From NCBI GenBank assembly GCA_030765185.1, contig JAVCDE010000003.1, forward strand, positions 38 through 64,037: a stretch of 64,000 bases of DNA. Reading direction: 5' to 3'. Positions 19,734 through 29,069 of this stretch are shown here, one piece after another. Position numbers and translations under genes: made by a program. The DNA comes from Candidatus Aceula meridiana (GTDB taxonomy: Bacteria; Omnitrophota; Gorgyraeia; Zapsychrales; Aceulaceae). Position 1 is the stretch's first letter, and every line of letters begins with the position of its first letter. The notes below the pieces were generated by a model that did no database searches, was not told the origin of the DNA, and saw only the letters and a list, made by a program, of their open reading frames with translations.

Positions 19734-22700
19734 ATGTTTCACTATTACCATAAAAGTCATTTTTCCTTAAAAGTTATTATTTTAGCTGTAATATTTATAT
19801 TTACAGTTAATACGATTATTCCTTCTCAAGCCATGGCCCAAGGAGTGTTAGGGCTTCCTGTACCTGGGACTATGGTGTCTTTAAGCCCGGCCTTCACACC
19901 TACCATTCTTCGTGGAATAAGAGTCTATCCTGACAATTCTCTTAAATTCGACTTTATCGTCGATTCTGGTGATACTGGGCTTAAAGGCACTGCATTAAAG
20001 AATGAATCTGAACGTCTTATAAAATATTTCCTTGCTGCTCTAACTATTCCTGAAGATAACCTATGGGTTAACTTATCTCCCCATGAAAAAGATAGAATCA
20101 TCCCTGATTCTTTAGCCCAAACAGATATGGGCACTGATATGCTCGCTCAAGACTATCTTTTAAAACAAATCACAGCATCTCTAATCTATCCAGAAGATGA
20201 ACTTGGTAAACAGTTCTGGCAAAAGATCTATAAAAAAGCCTATGAAGAGTATGGCACTACTAAAATCCCGGTAGATACCTTTAACAAAGTCTGGATCATG
20301 CCTGAGCATGCTGAAGTCTATGTAAAGGATGATCGAGCCTTCGTAGTTGAATCAAAATTGAAGGTTATGCTGGAAGAGGACTACCTCGCGCTCGAGAAGA
20401 GCGCAGAATCCCGAGCAACCAGGAATGCCGCACAATCAAGCCATGCTAACAAGAAAGCTGATAATAAATTAGCCTCTAACATCGTCCGTGAAATTGTTAT
20501 CCCAGCTCTTGAAAAAGAAGTTAATCAAGGTAAAAATTTCGCTCAATTAAGACAAATCTATAATTCTTTAATCCTAGCCTATTGGTTTAAAAATAACCTT
20601 AAAAGTTCTATTGTCAATCAAGTCTATTCTGATCAACAGAAAGTTAAAGGTGTTGATGTTGAAAATGTTTCTCAAGATATTTATAAGCAATATCTAAAAT
20701 CTTTTGAAAAAGGTGTCTGTGACTTTATTAAGGTGGAATACGATCAATATGCACAAAAGAATATTCCTCGAAAGTATTTCTCGGGAGGGGTAGCTTTTGG
20801 CGATGGAGCTAGCAGCGCCATCACCTTTAAGAAAGCCAAAACCCCAGAAGGGCAAAAAGCCGCAAGCGTGATTGGAAAAGTTTTAGGAAATGCAGCATTC
20901 GTTATTTTAGTTACAGTAGTGCTAACCATATCTGCTTTCTCAGGCCCACCTCTGAAGGCTAACCAAGAAGTTAGCAACAAAAGTCAAATCCACAATGTAG
21001 ACTTAGGAAATTTCTCAAGCTTAGAGATTCAAAATAATTCTTTTCCTCTAGATCGATTTTCGAAAGAAGATGATTCCTTGAAAAGCTCAAAAAATAAAAA
21101 TTCTGAAGTTGTTAATCAGCAAAACATGACCGTTTTTTCTGACTATGAAGAAATCAACAAAAGGTATGGTTTCTCACCTAACAGCAATAGCCTGAAAGCC
21201 TTAAAAAAGCTTTCAAGAATGGGGCTTAATGTTTTAAGAGGGGAAAATGAATACAGCAATGGTGTTGCGGCCTGGCAGATTATAGCTCTTTCAAAGGAGC
21301 CAGAAGTCGCCGACGCTATTGCACAAGAAGATTTTGAACAATTTTATTACCGTGTTAATGATACAATTTTTGGTGGTAAAGGTTTTCGAAAAATTGAGGA
21401 TTTGCTCGGCGTTTGTGATCTTTACAATCATTTCTTAAAGCATCAAGACGATAAAGAAATGTTTTATTCTTCTAGATTTAAAGATGCTCTTAATTATGTA
21501 CGCACAAAGTTTCCTAAATTACAAATTTCCACAGAATCTGCTGTTCATGTTTTAAATTTAGCAAGAAATTTTGACGAAAAAGAAACCAAAAAAATTGTTA
21601 CTCAATTCGAATCTTCACAAGAGGGCCAAGAGATATTTATAAACGATTTGTTTGTTTTAGATTATTGTAGAATAAATCCTCGCTTTTATCATTTTCTTTT
21701 TAACCGAAAAGATCTCGAAAAAGAAGTTTTATCAACTATTTATCGCGAACCTGAAAAAGACCGCGAATCTGGAGTTTGGTATAAAAAGGAGCGGCTTTCT
21801 TCAGAAGAAATTAATCAATATCCAACATTATTTCTTTTGCGATCGTTGCTTGTTTATGAGTCCTTAAGAAAAGACAGTGATTTTAAAGACCAGATTATTC
21901 GCCAAATTGCAAGAATTTATTATCAAGACCACCAAGATCAGACAACTGAATATGGTGGCTATCTTTCTCTTAAGGACGGAAAAATTCTTTTTAACCTTCA
22001 GGCGGGGTATTCGCATTATAACGATACCTTTTCAACAAGAGATATTATGATGCCTATTTTTGCAGATTTTCATCTTCATCCTTTTGATGTCGTTGATGGA
22101 GAAATTATTCAAAATTGGTCTGGGCCAAGCGAGGCTGATTTTAAAGTGAGCATCAACGAAAACACCGGACTATCACAAGGGTTTGTTTTCTCAGCTTTTT
22201 CTGATCAAGACGATCAGGTCAAAGTTAATATTGATACGTATATTGGAGATTATTTTTTTAAACCGTTCTTTTTTAAGTTTCCTAAAAATCTCAACTTAGA
22301 CCTTGGAATCATTACCCTTCCCGACAATCAGGATTCTTTTAAGCCTGTAGAGGAATATTCTGGAAAAGATCTTAAAAGGATATGGAAAATTTTAAGAAAA
22401 TTTATTAAAGAAGAAAATAAACGAGCTCAAAAACCTGAAACTTCTAAAAAATTTGCTGATTTGGAAAAAAAAGCACAAAAGAATCCTGAAGATCTTTTTA
22501 TTCCAGAAAATCCTTATTATAAAAACTTAGCTGATAGCGTAAAGAGAGCTCCTGAAAAGTACTCAAAAGAAATAATAATGAACTTTTCTGACATCGCACC
22601 ATTTTTTAAGAATAAAAATAATTTTAGAGAAATCCTGAAAGATGCCATGAATAAATATCCCGAGCTTGCGATAAAATTCTGGGCTTACTCTTATTTTGAA

Positions 22701-25175
22701 AGCGCGGAACAACCTCAGATCTTACTTGATCTTATTAAAAAAGTTCCCGCATTTGGCCTTCAAAATTTTAATGCACGATTTAGATCAAAAGATCTTCGAG
22801 AAGATTTTGCAAGTGGACTCATTGAGATTCTTGAGAATAATCCTGATATTGTTTTTGAATATGCAGACAATATTATTCAACGAAATTCAGACTTTTTTCT
22901 AAACAAAGAGACTGGATTTTCTAAAAAACTTAAAGGAAAAACAGAAAATGAAAAAATTTCACTTCTCATTTCTTCACTAAGAATTCTTGCGGGAGCAAAA
23001 ATGCCTTACGATAAAGAGCATATCAACAATGCTGTTTCTTTGGCTATTGATTTTCAAGAAATTAGTGGCAACGAAATATATTACGATAAAAATACAACAG
23101 TTATTAATATCCTAAACGTTGAAGAGCAGTTCCTTAAGGCAGACGCAGAGGAGCTTGCGGAATTAGGCGGAGTTCCTAAAAATAAAATATTTTCCTTTAA
23201 AGGGGGAGAAGAGAGCAAAGAAGATGTTATTGAAGCCTTAAAGGCAAGTCAGGGTACACGAGTTATTCTTTTTAATGGACACAATACGCCAATCTTTGAA
23301 CGAGACGAAGTAGAAGACTATGGAATTGATTGGGAAATTTTATATGATGATTTAGTAGTCAAAAATAACTTTGCAACTGAAGAATATGAACAAATGATAC
23401 TTATTGAAAATTTAGATAAAATTAAAGAATATTTAAAAACAGTTCATGACCAAGATACATTTAAAAAGATTTCACATTTCTTAGACATAACAGCAAATCG
23501 CCTTGCCTTTGATTATGGAGTATATCTAAATTACGAAGAAATAGTAAATGCGCTCGGAGTTTCTGGAGATTTTAGCCAGACACGTCTCATTAACCTTAGT
23601 TGTGATTCATATAATCACAACTGGTCTTTTGTTAATTTTTTAAATCAAAATTTTTCTCAAAATCCACAAGTCACAGTTTCTGAGGCCGATAGAGGAGAGC
23701 CTGGATCAGGAAAAGAGGCCGATTACTTAAGGTCCATAATAAAAACAGTTAAAGAAGAACGAGGCAACGATCAAGAAAAGAAACCAATTCTTGGGCGACA
23801 CTTCTTGGCAGCAAAAACAGATGCCGTCCTCTCTAAACAGCATCCTGTTATCTTCTTTTTTCCAGGAAAACAAGTTGTCCGAGACCTATTTGTTAAATAT
23901 TTTGGTGAAAAAGGCACCGAGTATTACGATGAATTTTACAATAAAAATGATGATATTGACAATCTTCCAGAGGGTGGAATGGAGACAGGGTGGATTTTAA
24001 ACACCAAACTCAAAAGCCAAAATCCATTATTAGCATTTCAGGTCTCGTTATCTCCGAATAACAGTGTAAACGAAAACAATATTTTATTCGGAAAATTAAA
24101 TACAGATGTTTTGGATCAAGGAGAGGTTCTTGGAGCAAGCAAGGGAGATACTTTTTATCCTTCTGAATTTTACGACATGACAGCTGCAATGTTTACGGCT
24201 GTTTTAAGAAATGAAGATTTAGAAGTCCTTACTGAGAATGGAGGAAAACAACTTTTAGTTGAGCGTGTTGAAGCTCCCCAAAAAGCATCGAGTAGCCAAG
24301 CTGCATCTTCTGTTATTCGGAGCGAAGATGGAAAGCTCGAGATTCAAAAGCTTCCAAATTTAAAGCAAGTAAAAGATGCATCAAAAAAATCTATCATTAT
24401 AAAAGAAAACCAAGGACAACCAAGCCAAGGCCTTGCCCCTATGAAAAGTGAAAAAGAATTCTTGTTTTGTCATGCCATCATTCTTCGCAATAAAACAACC
24501 GATAAATATGTATTCTTGCATTTAGCTGATGGATTAAAAGAAACTGGAAGCGAATTCTTAGCCCGAATCAATAATACTCAAACACAAAAAACAACTGAAA
24601 ATAAAAAATTTGGAGAATTAACTTTTGGAGAACTCTTAGAATCTCTAGGAAAGGGCGAAAAAGAAGCTATTTATCTAGCTCGCAATAAAGCAGAGGCAAA
24701 AAAATCAGAAGAATATCTATCAAATAAATTTAATATTAAAACATCACAATTTGTCGAAATCACTGGGAAAAATCTTGTTTCTTGGAATATGATTTTTGAG
24801 CCAGAAATAAATGAAATTATTGTCTATGGGGGCAGAGAAGCTTATAGCTTTCAAGCTTTTGCTGAATCTTCAGAAGAAAATGTTAAAAATAGAAGCGCTA
24901 AAAAAACTGCATCATCCAAGATTACATCTACAGGTGGTATCGACTTTAATGCTGAAAACATGAACGTTACAACTAAAGGCGATCAAATTAATTTTAATGT
25001 TCCAATCGATATGCAAAATATTAGCTCAAGTAGCATTGAAGGTTTTGTGCCGATTATTATTAATATTACTCCTGTGACAAATTTTATAGGTCTTCTAGGC
25101 CTTGATGATACGGACAAAAAGGATGCCGAACAGATTAGTTATATATCTGAACTCATAGGAGATAAGCAATCTTGA
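19734..25175 (+). CDS. Giant hypothetical protein (1813 aa): signal peptide plus one internal TM helix, otherwise unrecognisable
   Basis: Uninterrupted 5.4-kb ORF; N-terminal signal-like segment ending AMAQG; hydrophobic helix near residue 375-395; Lys/Glu/Asn-rich remainder. Confidence 0.6.
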   Translation: MFHYYHKSHFSLKVIILAVIFIFTVNTIIPSQAMAQGVLGLPVPGTMVSLSPAFTPTILRGIRVYPDNSLKFDFIVDSGDTGLKGTALKNESERLIKYFLAALTIPEDNLWVNLSPHEKDRIIPDSLAQTDMGTDMLAQDYLLKQITASLIYPEDELGKQFWQKIYKKAYEEYGTTKIPVDTFNKVWIMPEHAEVYVKDDRAFVVESKLKVMLEEDYLALEKSAESRATRNAAQSSHANKKADNKLASNIVREIVIPALEKEVNQGKNFAQLRQIYNSLILAYWFKNNLKSSIVNQVYSDQQKVKGVDVENVSQDIYKQYLKSFEKGVCDFIKVEYDQYAQKNIPRKYFSGGVAFGDGASSAITFKKAKTPEGQKAASVIGKVLGNAAFVILVTVVLTISAFSGPPLKANQEVSNKSQIHNVDLGNFSSLEIQNNSFPLDRFSKEDDSLKSSKNKNSEVVNQQNMTVFSDYEEINKRYGFSPNSNSLKALKKLSRMGLNVLRGENEYSNGVAAWQIIALSKEPEVADAIAQEDFEQFYYRVNDTIFGGKGFRKIEDLLGVCDLYNHFLKHQDDKEMFYSSRFKDALNYVRTKFPKLQISTESAVHVLNLARNFDEKETKKIVTQFESSQEGQEIFINDLFVLDYCRINPRFYHFLFNRKDLEKEVLSTIYREPEKDRESGVWYKKERLSSEEINQYPTLFLLRSLLVYESLRKDSDFKDQIIRQIARIYYQDHQDQTTEYGGYLSLKDGKILFNLQAGYSHYNDTFSTRDIMMPIFADFHLHPFDVVDGEIIQNWSGPSEADFKVSINENTGLSQGFVFSAFSDQDDQVKVNIDTYIGDYFFKPFFFKFPKNLNLDLGIITLPDNQDSFKPVEEYSGKDLKRIWKILRKFIKEENKRAQKPETSKKFADLEKKAQKNPEDLFIPENPYYKNLADSVKRAPEKYSKEIIMNFSDIAPFFKNKNNFREILKDAMNKYPELAIKFWAYSYFESAEQPQILLDLIKKVPAFGLQNFNARFRSKDLREDFASGLIEILENNPDIVFEYADNIIQRNSDFFLNKETGFSKKLKGKTENEKISLLISSLRILAGAKMPYDKEHINNAVSLAIDFQEISGNEIYYDKNTTVINILNVEEQFLKADAEELAELGGVPKNKIFSFKGGEESKEDVIEALKASQGTRVILFNGHNTPIFERDEVEDYGIDWEILYDDLVVKNNFATEEYEQMILIENLDKIKEYLKTVHDQDTFKKISHFLDITANRLAFDYGVYLNYEEIVNALGVSGDFSQTRLINLSCDSYNHNWSFVNFLNQNFSQNPQVTVSEADRGEPGSGKEADYLRSIIKTVKEERGNDQEKKPILGRHFLAAKTDAVLSKQHPVIFFFPGKQVVRDLFVKYFGEKGTEYYDEFYNKNDDIDNLPEGGMETGWILNTKLKSQNPLLAFQVSLSPNNSVNENNILFGKLNTDVLDQGEVLGASKGDTFYPSEFYDMTAAMFTAVLRNEDLEVLTENGGKQLLVERVEAPQKASSSQAASSVIRSEDGKLEIQKLPNLKQVKDASKKSIIIKENQGQPSQGLAPMKSEKEFLFCHAIILRNKTTDKYVFLHLADGLKETGSEFLARINNTQTQKTTENKKFGELTFGELLESLGKGEKEAIYLARNKAEAKKSEEYLSNKFNIKTSQFVEITGKNLVSWNMIFEPEINEIIVYGGREAYSFQAFAESSEENVKNRSAKKTASSKITSTGGIDFNAENMNVTTKGDQINFNVPIDMQNISSSSIEGFVPIIINITPVTNFIGLLGLDDTDKKDAEQISYISELIGDKQS

Positions 25176-25207
25176 TTAAGAAAAAAGAAACGGTTAAGAC
25201 ATAAAAA

Positions 25208-25239
25208 GGGCCGCAAAAATATTTTTGCGGCCCTTTTGT
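25208..25239. terminator. Bidirectional rho-independent terminator, identical copy 2 of the 36-bp hairpin element
   Basis: Same palindrome and flanks as at 19312; lies between convergent genes (giant ORF on + and etfA on -). Confidence 0.7.
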
Positions 25240-25255
25240 CTATAAACTAAAATTT

Positions 25256-26452
25256 TTATTTGTTTAATGCTTTTTTAAATTTTGCGGTTAAAAGAGGAAC
25301 AACCTTAAATAAGTCTCCGACAATACCATAGTTGGCAACGGTAAAAATTGGAGCGCTAGAATCTTGGTTGATCGCAATGATGATGTCAGCGGATTGCATT
25401 CCAACAAGATGCTGAATTTGCCCGGAGATACCGCAGGCGATATAAATTTTTGGACAAACTGTTTTTCCTGTTTGGCCTACTTGGTGGGAGTAAGGCATCC
25501 ATCCGGCATCAACGGCTGCACGCGAAGATCCAACAGCCCCTCCTAAAACTTTAGCTAATTCTTCAATAATTTCAAAATTTTCTGGGCTCTTCATGCCACG
25601 TCCACCGGAAACAATAATGTTGGCCTCGGCAATATTAATTGTTGAGGTCACTTCTTCGACAATATCTAAAATTTTAGTACGTGATGCCAAAAGCGTTTTT
25701 GGGACTTCTTCAACAATAACTTCGCCTTTACGGCTCGTATCAATTTCAGCTTCTTTAAAAACTTTATGACGAACCGTAGCCATTTGAGGACGATGGTTTT
25801 TGCTTAAAATTGTAGCCATGATGTTTCCACCAAAAGCTGGTCGTGTTTGAAGCAAGAATTTTTCTTTTTCATCAATATCAAGACCGGTGCAATCTGCGGT
25901 TAAGCCTGTATGAAGCTTAACGGCAACACGAGAAATAAGAGAGCGTCCCATAAAAGTGGCACCGCATAAAAATATTTCTGGTCTATGTTTGCGAAGAAGA
26001 TTGACTAAAACATTTGTGTAAGGCTCATCTAAAAAGTTTTCTAGCTCAGGACTATCAACAACATAGACTTTATTCGCACCACGATGAATAAGCTCTTGAA
26101 GATTGTTTTTGATATTATGACCAAGGACAACGCAGCAAACTTCTGTTTTTAATTTTTTAGCAAGCTCTTGAGCTTTTCCTAAAAGTTCGTAAGAAATAGA
26201 TTGGATAACGCCTTTTTTTTGTTCACCAAAAACCCAGATACCTTTATATTCTTCTAAGTTAGGTGTTTTTCCGCTGTCGCGTTTTAATTCAATGGCATCA
26301 AATTTACAAGAATCCACACAAGCGCCGCAAAGCGTACATTTATCAAGATCAATGACAGCTTTTTTGCTGCTCATCTCAATGGCGGCAAAAGGGCATACCT
26401 TAACGCATAAGGTGCATCCGGTACATTTATCATTAATTACTTTGATGCTCAT
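25256..26452 (-). CDS. etfA: Electron transfer flavoprotein alpha subunit with N-terminal 2x[4Fe-4S] ferredoxin domain
   Basis: Two CxxCxxCxxxCP motifs in the first 60 aa, then the EtfA FAD-binding domain (CGISGQIQHLVGM...). Confidence 0.85.
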   Translation of the reverse strand: MSIKVINDKCTGCTLCVKVCPFAAIEMSSKKAVIDLDKCTLCGACVDSCKFDAIELKRDSGKTPNLEEYKGIWVFGEQKKGVIQSISYELLGKAQELAKKLKTEVCCVVLGHNIKNNLQELIHRGANKVYVVDSPELENFLDEPYTNVLVNLLRKHRPEIFLCGATFMGRSLISRVAVKLHTGLTADCTGLDIDEKEKFLLQTRPAFGGNIMATILSKNHRPQMATVRHKVFKEAEIDTSRKGEVIVEEVPKTLLASRTKILDIVEEVTSTINIAEANIIVSGGRGMKSPENFEIIEELAKVLGGAVGSSRAAVDAGWMPYSHQVGQTGKTVCPKIYIACGISGQIQHLVGMQSADIIIAINQDSSAPIFTVANYGIVGDLFKVVPLLTAKFKKALNK

Positions 26453-27234
26453 GAATTTAACCTATCTTTCAAAGCCTCAACGAGCTTGGTGGCTACATCT
26501 TCGGGCTCGCCTTCAAAAACTTCACCCCTGGGCCTTGGAGGAGGTGTAAAGATTTTCGAAACCCACGTCGGCGATCCAGTCAATCCCAAACGAGCTTCGT
26601 CAATATCAAGGTCAATCGCCTTCCAGGAAACAATTTCTGCTTTTTTAGCTTTCATGCGGCCTTTAAGAGAAGGGATGCGTGGTTCATTGATTTCTTTAAC
26701 AACTGTAAAAAGGCAAGGAAGAGAAGTCTTAACGATCTCAAATCCTTCTTCAGTCATGCGTTCGACTTGAGCAGATTTTTCATCGGCTTCTTCAATTTTT
26801 TTAACATAAGTAACTTGAGGGATGTCTAATTGTGTGGCAATGCCAGGACCGACTTGAGCCGTATCGCCATCGGATGCCTGCTTTCCGCAAAGGATGATAT
26901 CAAAGTTTTTAATTTTTTGGATAGCCTTAGCGAGCGTATAGCCTGTAGCGAGTGTATCACTTCCGGCAAAAGCACGGTCACTAACAAGGTAAGCCTCATC
27001 ACAGCCCATTGAAATAGCTTCACGTAAAGCAGCTTCTGCCTGAGGTGGGCCCATCGTTAAAACAACAGTTTTTCCGCCGAATTTCTCCTTAAGGCGCACA
27101 CCTTCCTCGATGGCGTATGTGTCAAAAGGATTAATAATTGACTCAACACCTTCGCGGATCAAAGTATTTGTTTCGGGATCAATTCTAACTTGGGTTGTAT
27201 CAGGAACTTGCTTTATGCAAACAATGATATTCAT
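26449..27234 (-). CDS. etfB: Electron transfer flavoprotein beta subunit
   Basis: MNIIVCIKQVPD N-terminus, typical EtfB/FixA. Confidence 0.9.
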   Translation of the reverse strand: MNIIVCIKQVPDTTQVRIDPETNTLIREGVESIINPFDTYAIEEGVRLKEKFGGKTVVLTMGPPQAEAALREAISMGCDEAYLVSDRAFAGSDTLATGYTLAKAIQKIKNFDIILCGKQASDGDTAQVGPGIATQLDIPQVTYVKKIEEADEKSAQVERMTEEGFEIVKTSLPCLFTVVKEINEPRIPSLKGRMKAKKAEIVSWKAIDLDIDEARLGLTGSPTWVSKIFTPPPRPRGEVFEGEPEDVATKLVEALKDRLNS

Positions 27235-27236
27235 AA

Positions 27237-28388
27237 TTATATTTTTGATTGTTTGATGAGTTCAAGCGCAATAATATTTCTTTGAATTTGGTTTGTGCCT
27301 TCGTAAATTTGAGTTATTTTAGCATCGCGCATATATTTTTCAACAGGATATTCTTTGCAATATCCGTAGCCGCCAAAAATTTGGACAGCATCTACGGTAA
27401 CTTTCATAGCAACATCCGAGGCATACATTTTGGCCATGGATGATTCTTTAGTGATGCTTTTGACGCCAGCATCAATCTGACGAGCAGAAGCGTATATCAG
27501 TGCGCGGGCAGCTTCAATCTCTGTGGCCATATCCGCAAGCATAAACTGAATACCCTGGAAGCTTGAGATGGATTTTCCAAATTGTTTTCTTTCTTGAGAA
27601 TATTTGAGGGCTGCTTCAAATGCGCCTTGGGCGATTCCAAGAGCTTGAGCCCCGATACCTGGACGAGACTGATCAAAAGTTCTCATAGCTAATAAAAAGC
27701 CTTGGCCCTCGCGGCCAATTAAGTTTTCTTTAGGGACCTTACAGTCGGTAAAAATAAGTTCGCGTGTCGAGGACGCGCGAATACCAAGTTTTTCTTCTTT
27801 TTTCCCAAAAGTGAACCCTGGAGTGTCTTTATCAACAATAAAGATGCTAGCTCCGCGAGCACCCTTTGCTTTATTGGTCATGGCAACAATGGTATAAATT
27901 TCTGCGTCACCACCGTTGGTAATAAAATGCTTTGTTCCGTTTAAGATATAATGATCGCCGTCTTTTTTGGCTGTGGTTTGCATACCAGCGACATCCGATC
28001 CTGCGGCTGGTTCGGTAATGCCATAGGCGGCTAGTTTTTTGCCAGAGGCAATATCCGGAAGGTATCTTTCTTTTTGGTCGTCATTTCCAGCGATTAAAAT
28101 TGGCTCAGCGCCTAGGGCTGTTCCGGCAAAAGCTAGGGCAATCCCAGCACATCCCCGTGAAAGCTCTTCAGCTACGATACAAAGCTCCATCATCCCGCCG
28201 CCCATACCGCCGTATTTTTCATCAATATAAACACCGCAGATATCAGAATCAGCTAGGACTTTTACGATATCCCAGGGGAATATTTCTTTTTCATCATATT
28301 CAGCAGCAACAGGCTTGATTTTTTCTTCGGTAATTTCACGACAAAGGTCGCGTATCATTACTTGTTCTTCGGTCAAAAGATAATCCAT
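27237..28388 (-). CDS. Acyl-CoA dehydrogenase (short/butyryl-CoA dehydrogenase-like)
   Basis: ACAD N-terminal, middle and C-terminal domains (catalytic YEGTNQIQ region); ATG at 28388 with GGAGG RBS, the longer ORF-track start is unlikely. Confidence 0.9.
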   Translation of the reverse strand: MDYLLTEEQVMIRDLCREITEEKIKPVAAEYDEKEIFPWDIVKVLADSDICGVYIDEKYGGMGGGMMELCIVAEELSRGCAGIALAFAGTALGAEPILIAGNDDQKERYLPDIASGKKLAAYGITEPAAGSDVAGMQTTAKKDGDHYILNGTKHFITNGGDAEIYTIVAMTNKAKGARGASIFIVDKDTPGFTFGKKEEKLGIRASSTRELIFTDCKVPKENLIGREGQGFLLAMRTFDQSRPGIGAQALGIAQGAFEAALKYSQERKQFGKSISSFQGIQFMLADMATEIEAARALIYASARQIDAGVKSITKESSMAKMYASDVAMKVTVDAVQIFGGYGYCKEYPVEKYMRDAKITQIYEGTNQIQRNIIALELIKQSKI

Positions 28389-28705
28389 TTTGAGAGCCTC
28401 CTGTATATAAATATCTAATATAAAGACGTTTGTGAAACTGAAACATAGTACCACATGCAGACTAAGGAAGGCAATATTTTTTTTAAATTTTCATTCGTTA
28501 TTTTTAAAATTTAAAAAATATTTTTAGAGTTTCGATGTCTAACTAAAGAATATTTTTTTGTGAATCGGCGGTTGTTGTTACAGTAATTACTTCTGAAATT
28601 TATGAAAATTTTTAAAAGATGTTTTTAGGAAAGTGAGACGGTGTGGGTGGCATCTTTAGAGCAAAAACAGGGGCTATTTTTATTGATTTTTCGTCAATAT
28701 TGGCA

Positions 28706-28801
28706 ATGTAAGAATATGTAAGAATATGTAAAATATGTAATCCTAAAGACTATTATAGAAAAATTATGTAAAAATACTTGACTTAATGCTAATTATGTAA
28801 T
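28706..28801. repeat. Array of six ATGTAA-containing direct repeats (three at 9-10 bp phasing) in the divergent intergenic region
   Basis: AATGTAAGAATATGTAAGAATATGTAAAATATGTAAT ... TTATGTAAAAATAC ... TTATGTAATAAATT, read directly. Confidence 0.6.
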
Positions 28802-28806
28802 AAATT
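28778..28806 (+). promoter_or_regulatory. Candidate promoter (TTGACT-N17-TAAATT) for the HTH/ACP/smc transcript, overlapping the last two ATGTAA repeats
   Basis: Hexamer and spacing match only. Confidence 0.35.
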
Positions 28807-28880
28807 AGTTTTCGAAGCAAGTTTTTGTTAATAATCTGTTTTATCCGTTTGAAATAATATATATAAAAAAGAAAGAACAT

Positions 28881-29069
28881 ATGCCTTTTCAGTCGCTAAT
28901 GACTATAGAGGAAGTCGCTGGATACCTTAGGGTTAAGAAGCGTACGGTTTATGATTGGGTCAAGAAGGGAAAAATCCCGGCCATCAAAACCGTCGGACAG
29001 TGGCGTTTTAAAAAAGAAAGAATTGATCAATGGCTTGAGACACAAAACCAAGGAGGAGGGGCATGGTGA
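28881..29069 (+). CDS. Small helix-turn-helix DNA-binding protein (HTH_17/excisionase-AlpA-like, MerR-type fold)
   Basis: MTIEEVAGYLRVKKRTVYDWVKKGKIPAIKTVGQWRFKKERIDQWL is the canonical HTH_17 pattern. Confidence 0.75.
   Translation: MPFQSLMTIEEVAGYLRVKKRTVYDWVKKGKIPAIKTVGQWRFKKERIDQWLETQNQGGGAW

Noticed and set aside
19509-19760. 83-aa minus-strand ORF overlapping the start of the giant gene
   Set aside because: It overlaps the giant gene's promoter and start region in antisense. It has no RBS and a low-complexity translation.
28881-29069. HTH_17/excisionase-like gene as marker of an integrated mobile element or prophage
   Set aside because: No integrase, recombinase, att-like direct repeats, tRNA target or phage genes are present within 20 kb on either side. 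The flanking genes are core metabolic or chromosomal genes.
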